Positions 46,801 through 57,198 of a stretch of DNA of 64,000 bases are shown here, in pieces. A program made the translations under genes and the position numbers. Location: contig CM022673.1 of the NCBI GenBank assembly GCA_012295275.1, positions 27,032,001 to 27,096,000 on the forward strand. The letters are read 5' to 3'. Each line of letters begins with the position of its first letter. Position 1 is the stretch's first letter. The notes beneath the pieces were generated by a model, which ran no database searches, was not told the DNA's origin, and saw only the letters and a program-made list of their open reading frames with translations. This DNA is from Chrysomallon squamiferum (Eukaryota > Animalia > Mollusca).

Positions 46801-49800
46801 ATATTTAGCAGAATTTGGAATTTTTTTTTATCTCAGTTACTAGATAAAAGCTGAAATCGAGAAAACCAACAAAAGTCCTGTACAATACAAAAGGTCTGTA
46901 AAATCTGAATGATCATTTAAATATAGTCTTGAAATCTTTAAACAAGTGGGTGAAGACATAGATATGTCAATTCCTTATACTTAAGTGGCATTTGAAATTA
47001 TAATTTATGTATATATTGTATTTTTCTATCTCCAATATTGGGTTTAAGAACTGTGTTGTCAAAATTGCTAACACTAACGCTCAAACTCAGAATAATTAAG
47101 ATAAATATTACTTTAAAGTGACTTTTGCTCTAAGAGATGGAATTTTTATTTTTAATAGTAATAATAGAAATTAAGCCTCTGAAAATTTGTTTTAAAAACA
47201 TATTAACTCTTGCTTGGTTACATCTTCATGTTAGTATTTCATAAATTAAATATGTTCTCAGGATTTGTATCCCTATAAACCATCATCCAAGAAGGTCAGT
47301 CTGACATTTTTAATGTCAGGTAAGCTGAGATGCATGAACAGATACTTTATAATGTTAATAAGGTTAGAAAAACTCAAGACTCTTGGTCTATATATTAATA
47401 TATGGTCACATATTTCAAGTTTTGCTTATCACCATCTTAGTTCTTCATATTGTATTTTAGAATATAAGTTGAAATGTCCAGTATTTGAATGGAAAATTGC
47501 CACTCATTTTAGTATTCTCTTAGTGACTTGAAAGAAATTCAATATTAACTTGAAGAGTTTAGTCTCAGTGTTGACAGTTTATAAAAGGCATATTTGACAG
47601 AATCAATGCTGACCTGCTTATAATATTAAAATAAATTTAAAGTTAGGTGAAAATAAAGTGAGAATTTTTTTTTATTAATAAATGAAAGTTGAGTATTTAT
47701 ATTGCATTTTCTTTTTTTTCATTTTGTTAATTTTTAATGTTGAAATGGATGCACTAACATCTTAGTAAATAAACCAGAAAAGAATAAAATAATCTTTATT
47801 ACTGAAACCACATTTTCATCTTTTTATATTTGCTTATTGCTAAAATATTATCTTGATGTTATTTACTGTATGAAATTATTCTTAGCTTAAAATACATCAT
47901 AGGTTTCATATACTAATCAGAAAAATTCAAATGATTTTAAAAGTACAGATTGTTCAAATATAAAAAGTTAATTTTTGTTACTTAAAAATGGACTTCATCA
48001 ACATTAACAAAATAAAACATAAAAGTATTAATAAAATTGATAATCCTTCAAACATTGAATTGTTTTATTGTAGCAAATTTATGGATACCAGTATGAAACA
48101 CCTTTCACAACTTCAGCATTTTACAGCCAGTATATGTCTCCAGGAATCAGGTAAGATGACCACACTCGGAAAAAGAAAAGTAATTTAGAAATTTATGCAC
48201 TTTTATTAATATGATACAAAGGCATCATTTCTGCTTTAAAATATGTATTGCATTTTTTTAGTGACAACCTATAAAACAGGATGAACCAATTATAAGGCAC
48301 CAGATATATGAAGACAAATGTGAAAAAGATCAAATTTGAAATTGCTCTGTATTTCTGTATGTCTGTTCCTGGTAGGTTTCTATTTTAACTTAAATTTCTT
48401 CAGTTTTGCCCTATAACTGGAATACTAGACCTTTTCCTGTTGACAAAAAGTGATTAGAATATATTCTCTGCTGCAAACACCAGTAATCTGGAGCGATCAT
48501 ACAAGATTTATAAATCACACATTCAAAGCCTGTAAGTGTTAAAAACTATTTTTATTTTAAGAAGTGTTCAGCGTGGAGCTATTGGAATTCGTGGAATTAT
48601 TCGTGGTCGAGGCCGAGGTGCTGCAGGGTCCCGAGGTGCAGGGGGGACACGAGGTTACACTACTACAGCATTTGCATTACGTGATGGATACAAGAAACAC
48701 CCAGTTGAGGTGAGATATATTTCTGTTACCTTTTTATTTGTTTTCATTTTTATTTTTATTTTTATTTTTATTTTTATTAATAAAATAAAGACATAATCTA
48801 CTAAATGTTGAATATCTTCTCTTCACTAGTCACGTTTGTTTCATACGCAGGAGAAAACAATCAAAATAATTTGAAAGCATTTCTTTATCCTGCAGTCCTA
48901 AATAATACAAACATAATTAAATTTAACTGTTTTACTTATCACCTTGTTGCCTTTGTCACAATTCATCAAAATAAATCTTAAATAACAACAATTTATTTGT
49001 TATTTTCAAAATGGTCTTTAATATCTAAACCAGAAATTAAACACTAAAGAAATAACTTTGAACTATATGTAAAAAACAGGTATTGTATTGAAGTAAATAT
49101 AATGGTCTTCCAAAAAGCTATATTAGTGGTCATTGGCCAAAAATACAGAAATTAATTTAGTCGTATCAGCATGCCATAATGTTCAGTGATCGCAGGATTT
49201 ATATATATATCTATTCCCATTGGTCTTTTTCCTTGGTGAATAATTTTTCAAATATAAATCTGAGTTGCTATTAATGTCACAGTATCCTCTGTAATCCACA
49301 GTGTCATTAATTAATGTATATTTGATTCAGAAATCTGGGAAGTTGATTTATCTAAAGGGAATAAAAACAAATGTAATTTATATCAGATTCAGTAAAACAT
49401 TTTATGCAAATAACTGGATATGTGGAAATACACAAAATTAATTTACATGCATTATCTTTTCTGATGGTAATTATTCTCCAAATAAGGTATAAAAATAATT
49501 TTGGTAAGCAAGATGTTTGTGAGAAAGTGTTTTTGCTGTAGGGGCGACTTTATGACATCTTGCCTGGCATGGAATTGACTCCTATTAATCCTGTTACTCT
49601 CAAACCACAAACTTTGAAATCTGCAATGCAGGTACAGTCAAATATATATTCTCAACAATATTCTGGGACTTTCCTGCTTTTAGTGAAATGGTGAATAGTG
49701 CTTGCCTGCAATTTCTTCACCTGTTCTTAGTAGTGCAGTATATATATCCATTCTATTTATTTATTTTCTTCTTTTTTTTTCAAAATAAAGTTATAATTGT

Positions 49801-52800
49801 AATATAAATGTAAAATACATCTTTAAAATCAGTTATTCTGTTTAAACCAAGTTTAATTCTGATTAACATAAACTTGAATTATAAAATCACTTGAGTTCTC
49901 ATTTTCATCAGTCACATGCCTTTCACTAGATATCTATATCATTACTATTTATGTGCAGGATGAAACATCAGAAAAACAAACATGTATATGTATTATTTCG
50001 TTGATATTATTAGTATTATTATCATATATGCCGATGCAGAACTATAATGTCTAAATCAGTATCTAAAGGGCATTGGAAAATAAATACAAATAAATGAAAT
50101 AGGATTGATAGGTATATTATTGTTTAGCTGTTGTTAAAAGGTGTTTAAATGAATAATCAGGCAAAATACCAAAATGATACCATATTAGCTTGGCTTGGTC
50201 TGTTTTATCTGTTGAATATAGAAGGCTAAAGCAAAACAGGTTGCATGATGTTTTTTCAGTATGCCCATTTGGCATTTTCCATCCCAACTACATCTAAATG
50301 GTCAGTTTATCAAAAACCCTGTATGGTGCTGTCCTGCCTATGAGATATCACCAAGTGATCTCCATATCAGTAAGATGTTTAGCTGAATAAAATTATAATC
50401 AGTGTAGATTAAAATACATTCAGTATGTTGTTAAATAAAAAAATATAAAAAATGTTTCTGTTTTTCCTTTACCTAGGTAACATTTAATCACATATTTCTA
50501 AGAAAGGCCTTAACTAAAATGCTTAATGAACAGCAACTGCTGATTATGTCTTTAAATGTATTTTAGTGACTATTATTATTATTTATTTATTGATAATACA
50601 TCATCAGATACAGACAGATTTCATTTTATGACTTCATTGTAGCTGCTTAGAAAATGGAGTTGGTTAAAACATGTTTTAAAATATCTGCCTCTAAAGAAGT
50701 TTGTCAGTTGTATAACAGTAATTATTATAATTCATTTCTGTATGTATTGGTATAACAAATTTTCTCATCCTAACTCAAAAGGCTGAGCGTTTGGCTTGCC
50801 TGAATATTTGATTACAGCAAAACAATATATTCTTTTCTTCTCAGTGGCAATGGAAAATATATTTTCATTTTACCATCCTGAAACCTCATTTAATTTTTAA
50901 ATATTTTATTTATTTTTCTAATTTATCTATCTTATTAAAGTTTTTATTTTTTGTTTTTGTTTCAAAAGTTAATAATAATAAATGTATATTTTTGCATTTT
51001 ACCTTCTGCTTTTTTATTGCTTTGATATGCTCTGTTCCATTTTCCCCCATTTAATGTAAAATGTAAAGATTCTTTTCTTTTACATTTAGAAAAATTACAA
51101 GTACAATCAAATTTATAAGAGTTAACTTTCTTACAATAAGTATTTTAATAACGGCTCCTTTTTTATATTAGTTCTCTAAAAGATATAAATAATAATGTTA
51201 CTTTCGAAGAATACACCGAAATAAAACACCAATCAATAAAATGCAAAGTCGATATTTGTTAATGCTTTATACTAACCAAAGAATAGTTTTAACTAAAGCA
51301 GTGCAGTATCAATAGTTTAATGAATTAAGAGGTAAAAAATACTTTAAATTTTGTCACTGCTAGAGGTGCTTTAGCTTTTTGGATTTCAAGTTACAAAAAT
51401 AACTATTGCCATTAAAATTTCAGCATCCAGATGGCATGTTTCTTAAAGTCTGTTAATTGTCACATACTTTCAGCTCTTAGATGAAATGTGTCAGAAAAAT
51501 GCATGGGGTAATCCAATATATCAGCTTCATTCTGCAGTACACAGAGAAGGTGCTGGTGATATGCAATTATTCCTTTTCAAGGTTAGTGTTATTTGAAGGT
51601 AGCTATATGTTCTTTGATGCTGATGATGTTCACGGTCTTTAAAAAATATTTTACAGCTATAAAAACTTTTTTCCTGTCTTTAAATAAACAATTGCCCTCT
51701 AAAATTGCAGTATAAATGTACAAAAAACAGTAACAAAGAAATGACTTTCTTCTCTTTTAGGTAACAATTCCAGCTCTGGTTTCTCAGAACCCAAATCCAT
51801 TTCATCCCAATAAACTGTGTCGTACAGTAGAGGAGGCAAAATCATATGCAGCAGAATATGTCCTTGCACAGCTTGGACTTCCAGTAGAAAGTAAGAAAAC
51901 ATCTTTCCTTAGGTATTCATTTTAATCTTTAGTTACTGACTGACATTTATTATATACTCATATTTTTGATGAATATAACCATTTGCACATTGACAATTCA
52001 TATATTTATATATGTATGAATATATGCTTCAGTTTAAAGACATACTTCAATATTGCCTTGAAACTGGGTTTTGTAGATCTCAGTTTGTTTATTCCTTTGC
52101 TTTTCAGGTTTATTCAATTTATTAATCTGAATATAGTTACTAATATATGGTTTCAACATTAATTACTAATCGGTATTTGAGATTAAAACAAAACATCTCC
52201 AAATCCAGTTAGAAAACGCCTTTTACTTTTGTTCTTTTTTAAAAATAATTAAAATTAACAATCTGTAATTTCATGTGCATGTGGTTAAGATTTTAGCATA
52301 GATTGCAGGTCAGAGTAGTGTATTTTATTATAGGGCTCTATCTGCTTTTAACTGTAACACTGATACGTTTGTATTTTGTCATACTTTAATGCAGAGTTAT
52401 TTGGCAAAATCTTCTGTTTTAAGAAAAAAAGCTATCTTATTCAGTTCTTTTTTCTCTTCCAATCCTTTCTTTTAGTTAAGCATTACAAACTGAGAGCCAT
52501 TGGGGTCCTGTTCACTTTGAAGATCAAATGTTAAATATCCCATGATGGCTGAAAAATTATATTCAGAAGACTTAATGCTTATATACATCTTTTTAACGAA
52601 ATGATGATACTTTTAACTGAAAATTTAATGAATTGAAAGTTAGGAGTATGTATTTTTTGTAAGATACATAAAATAACTATAATAATAAATTTTTTAAATA
52701 TTTTATTTTATTTTATTTTATTTTTTTGCATTTAAAAAAAAAATATGTTAAACGTTTAATATTAATTATGTTACTGTACAAACAGTAATCAGTGAAGTGT

Positions 52801-53504
52801 AGGTTTATTTTCTGATTGTCCCCAGGTGCTGAGATAGCTGCTACCCCAACCAGCCCTTATCAAGGACGCCCTATTTACCCCAATGGTGCTCAAACTTTCA
52901 CTGCACCTGCCTTGCCAATAGTAACAAGTGCCTCATATGTGGTTACTCCTGGAAAAGTAGTTCAAAGTAAGAATTCTTTTTCTTTCTGTAAACTTTCTAT
53001 TAACCTTATTGCTTGCTTTTTGCTATTTTGAGGCTTTCTCATAGTTTAATAATAGAAACATTACAACAGCTAAATATAACTTGAAATAAGTTATAAGACA
53101 AAAATATTTTTCAATTCAAGTCTTCGCTGAACACTGTTTTAAATCTGTGTATTTTTTTCATAGTTCTGATTAATCAGATATACGTTTAGTTATTAAGCAA
53201 AGATAAGAATAAAATTCATCTAAGCAGAATCATATTGTTGATAATATTCATAAAACAATATGAATTACTGATTGATATTTACAAATTACATAAGAGTATT
53301 GATACAATTTAAATGACAAAGATATATATATATATATTCTTTTGGTTAATGAAATCATTTTTTGCATTAAAAAATATGGACATTGTTTAGAATTTACACA
53401 CTGTTTGTACATGTGTTTCAGATCCTGAATATCCTGGAGCATATGAATACCAAACTGGTTACCCCACCTCACAGCCTCCTCCTGTGTATGGACACCAGTA
53501 TTAG
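43140..53504 (+). CDS. A1CF: APOBEC1 complementation factor-like (A1CF/RBM47/RBM46 family) RNA-binding protein. Spliced gene, join(43140..43820,44888..45068,45250..45353,48074..48150,48562..48709,49542..49631,51474..51581,51761..51890,52826..52966,53422..53504), 580 aa
   Basis: All introns are GT-AG with consistent phases; total 1743 nt, ending in TAG. Family motifs: [30 protein letters not shown]1 ([15 protein letters not shown]), RRM2 ([29 protein letters not shown]), RRM3 ([20 protein letters not shown]) and [29 protein letters not shown] followed by the dsRBD ([29 protein letters not shown]) is characteristic of A1CF rather than hnRNP Q/R. Confidence 0.93.
44888..45068 (+). CDS. A1CF: A1CF-like exon 2 (RRM3)
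   Basis: tttccag|GTT acceptor; [40 protein letters not shown]; G|gtgagt donor, phase 1. Confidence 0.95.
45250..45353 (+). CDS. A1CF: A1CF-like exon 3 (end of RRM3)
   Basis: ttccag|GT acceptor; (G)[34 protein letters not shown]; GAG|gtgaaa donor, phase 0. Confidence 0.9.
45722..45751 (+). CDS. Candidate 30-nt symmetric microexon of A1CF-like gene ([10 protein letters not shown])
   Basis: tctttttacag| acceptor and CAG|gtttct donor; phase 0-0, no stop. No homology support. Confidence 0.35.
47262..47294 (+). CDS. Candidate 33-nt symmetric microexon of A1CF-like gene ([11 protein letters not shown])
   Basis: tgttctcag| acceptor and AAG|gtcagt donor; phase 0-0, no stop. A second donor CAG|gtaagc lies at 47320. 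Confidence 0.45.
48074..48150 (+). CDS. A1CF: A1CF-like exon (Tyr-rich linker [25 protein letters not shown])
   Basis: ttttattgtag| acceptor and CAG|gtaaga donor. Enters in phase 0 and exits in phase 2, which bridges the flanking exons. Confidence 0.8.
48562..48709 (+). CDS. A1CF: A1CF-like exon (RG-rich region)
   Basis: [38 protein letters not shown]; ttttaag|aag tandem acceptor; GAG|gtgaga donor. Confidence 0.9.
49542..49631 (+). CDS. A1CF: A1CF-like exon ([30 protein letters not shown])
   Basis: ttttgctgtag| and CAG|gtacag; 90 nt, phase 0-0. Very close to the vertebrate A1[22 protein letters not shown] motif. Not in the ORF track. Confidence 0.92.
51474..51581 (+). CDS. A1CF: A1CF-like exon (dsRBD first half)
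   Basis: actttcag|; [36 protein letters not shown]; AAG|gttagt. Confidence 0.92.
51761..51890 (+). CDS. A1CF: A1CF-like exon (dsRBD second half)
   Basis: ttctcttttag|; [43 protein letters not shown]; A|gtaaga, phase 1. Confidence 0.92.
52826..52966 (+). CDS. A1CF: A1CF-like exon (low-complexity A/P/T/Y C-terminal region)
   Basis: tgtccccag|; (S)[46 protein letters not shown]; A|gtaaga, phase 1-1. Confidence 0.85.
53422..53504 (+). CDS. A1CF: A1CF-like terminal coding exon
   Basis: gtgtttcag|; (N)[26 protein letters not shown]; phase matches the previous exon; TAG at 53502-53504. Confidence 0.85.
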
Positions 53505-56500
53505 CATCAACACAGTTTCCACTGAAAGTAAAAAGTTACATTTAAGTATGGGTGAATACTCATATTAATGTGTTGTTTGGGTTGTGTTTCATATATATTT
53601 ATATATAGATATATATCGAACAGTTTTATCTTGCCTGATACATGTGCATTGTTAAAGTAGTTTTTATTTTATTTTTTATTTCACTTGGTATGTGTTTGAT
53701 GCATATCTGGATTGGACTTGGGGATGGAAATCCTTTATTTATTGAGTGACATAGGTGCTGCTTGCTTGTGAAATATTTACTATTGCTGTTTCAATTTTTA
53801 AAAGTTGATATTTGCAGATGCTTGTTATATTGTTTGTATGTATTTTATGTTTATAGTATTTTACTTGTTATTGACTTCATTGTTTTGTTCAAAGGCTGGA
53901 CATTCCACTTTTACAAATATCTGTGTTGTAAACAAGCACAAGGTCAGTGCTGTTGAGGTCAGTGGTGTATATTTATACATTCTGAAGACAAATTTTAGTG
54001 CTCTTTCATACGTACAGATACTCATTTTTAAGAAAATCCACAAAAAAAAAATAATAATAATAACCCAGCTGTTTACACTGATCAAATTCTGAAATCTTAA
54101 GTAATTGATCACCCATATAAATAATTTGAGAAAATTCTCGTAATTGCTACAAATTACCCTTTCACTCGTGCATTTTAATTTACAATTATGAATCAAAATT
54201 ATCGCTATGGTAACCTAGTATGTAGACAAATATATTATTAATTAAATTTAATGTTTTTCATAAAATATTCACAGAAAGTTTGCAAAGTAAAGGGGGAAAA
54301 AAGAACATTTTTTAACTTTAGCCTATAGTTTGCCTATGTTGTTTTATAAGTAAAGAAAATTTTAGGTTTTTAATTGTTTATTTATTTGTTTTTGTTACAA
54401 TGCTTGTCCAAACTGGATAAATACTTTTAATATATTTTTTAATTTTCAGTTTTATAACTTGTTAAATTTGAAATGTGTTTTTATTCTATTGAATTGTCTG
54501 AAATTTATTTGCAGGTAGCACCTAGTACTTCTAATTTGACAGCATTTTTTTAAAATTTCAGTTCATTATTTTTACTTTAAAGTTTTCTTAAAAGAATATT
54601 TTTTAAACTTCAGAAAATGTTTTTCCTTTGTTTGAAGAGCAACATGTCACTTCAATTGTAAGAAATCATATTGTTCAAATTATTACACATTGAATATTAA
54701 TTTTTAAGTAACCATAACTTCCACTTTATTAATATTGTATAGAAGATAGGCCTTCAACAAGAAAAGTGATATAATTATGACAAGATAAGCATTTGAGTCA
54801 AATTCAAAGATATATGCAGATATTAAAATCTTCATATTAGATACATTAACTAAATAAGTATTGGTTTTTGGTATTGATCTAATGATAAAAACTACGAATT
54901 GTTGATTTACCACCTGGCTTGAACTGACAAATGCAAATAAATAAATGGTTACTGATTAGTGTATATAATAAATTTATAAAATTGTTTTCAGATAAGAAGA
55001 AAACTCATAATAAAAAGGATATTTTTGAATCCAACATTTCATCATTTTCAAATACAATCAATAACACCATAATAGAATGTTATTTTCCACAGTGCCAAAA
55101 TACAAGTGTGAAAATTAAAAGTGAAAGAATCAGTAATTCACCATATCAGAAAATACAGATTAAGAGGCAAGAATATTGTAATTTATATATATCTAGATTT
55201 TTCTTTCTCTGATTTTCATTTTTGTGGCAAGCATGAAAAATTACATTTATATTTTCAGAGTTGTATTGCTCAAGTTGTTTCTTGCCATTTGTTTTAAAGT
55301 TTGTTGACATTTTATTCCGGTTTGTTATCTTTATCATTGTTTGTCTGCAGGTATTGCCACAAACATTTATTGACAAAATCACTCTGTTAAAGAGTTATTG
55401 CTGAAGTTTTGATTGTCAAATTTGTCTGGTATTTTGCATTCTTAAGAATGTATTGGTTCAATTCAAATGCTGTTAAACATGGTCTAAAGTTTAGTTCAGT
55501 TATGTGTTATATTTAATAATATGTGTGAAGTGGTATGTAAGGAAAAACCTATATATATTTCTTTTTTGGTTGAATTATTTAATGTGAAAAAATAAATAAT
55601 ACAAAATAAATAAAAATCGAAACCCAACATAAACTCTCTCTGGACAAACTGAAAATGGACTTTTTGAGTTATTTTGCCTAGTATAATATATTTTCAGTTC
55701 TACTTTTACTTTTCCTTAATCAGTTTTAATAGCAGAATAACACACAAAGAACATTTTGTTTATTTGAATACATATTCAATTTACTACACAGGTAATATAA
55801 AAAGTATGGTTTTTTTATTTTAAAAGTGTAGATTTATTTTAATTTTTGGGGGTTTACTATTTTTTATTTATTTTTATTTTATTTTTTTATTATTATTATT
55901 TTATTTGTTTATTATTATTATTTTTTTATATGTACCAAAATTTGAATTTTTATTTATAAAACAAAGTTTTTACCCAAATATTTTTATGTACCTGTATTTA
56001 TGTTGCGGACAGAAATTTTAACAGTATTTTAAAAGACGTTTCTGACAACATATCTGTGATCTGCTTGTATCTAGATTTTTACTGTAATGCTGGTAACAGC
56101 TTAAAAACATTTGTGTGTTACGAAACTTGAGACTGTACTGCACCCTGGTTTAGCCTTGAATCATTAAATCATTAGAGTGGATCATATATCATTTTGAATT
56201 ATATAATTATGGTGGTGGGTTTGACATATTTTAACCAAAGAATTTTTAATAATTTTTATCATAGTTAGCAGAAAAGATTTCCGTAGTATTAGATTGGCTT
56301 TGATTCTATTATTAAAATTATTATCATAAATATGATTAACCTGGGGACAGTTCAGATCAAAGAGGATGTAATATTTATTTTTTTGAAATATGTTTGTTTG
56401 TTTATTTGCAAACACCGAGTTAAAAATTATTAGTTAAAACTGCATCATTACCCTTGCTGTTAGAGAAAAAAAAAAATTTCATCTCATTTTTTTCCCTATT

Positions 56501-57105
56501 TTGTTCTGACCATTGTCATAAATTTCTATGTTCACTTTTAATTAACAATTGTAAAGATTTAAACATACAATGATAGATTTTTGAGATATTAATAGTCTAC
56601 ATTTGTATTTGCTTTAACACGCACACACACACACACACACACAAACACACACATATGTGCTTACCCTTTTTTTCATTCTTTAAAGATTTCTGTTGAATCT
56701 AAGGTTATAAAGAAAATTAGTTTTATAAAAACTTCATTACTACGACGTTGTGTTTATCAATAAGTGTCTGCATCATACGATGTTCTGTGACACTGTTAAT
56801 TTATTGTTTAAGAAAAAACTAAATATTGCATCTTCTTGATCTTTGTTATTTTGTTGAAGTGAACAGCATGTGTTCAGCTAGTCCTGCATTGTGCCATATT
56901 TAGTATATTTATTCACTTTTACATATTTTTACTGCAAGTATGGGTCTCATATTGTCTCAGTATACGAGAATTTTATTCCAAGAAGAAGCTCAGGTTTTTC
57001 TATCTTTTTTATATGTATCTTCACTTAAAGTGAACGTATTTGTTCTGTGATATTTTTTTATGCAAAAAAAAAAAAAAAAAAAGAAAAAAAAAAGATATAT
57101 ATATT

Positions 57106-57107
<2 letters not shown>

Positions 57108-57198
<91 letters not shown>
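57108..57198. repeat. (AAT)n microsatellite
   Basis: Direct reading. Confidence 0.95.

Noticed and set aside
51750-51766. ttttag|gtaac AG-GT recursive splice motif
   Set aside because: Explained by the Val codon GTA at the start of a conserved exon; the intron is too short to need recursive splicing.
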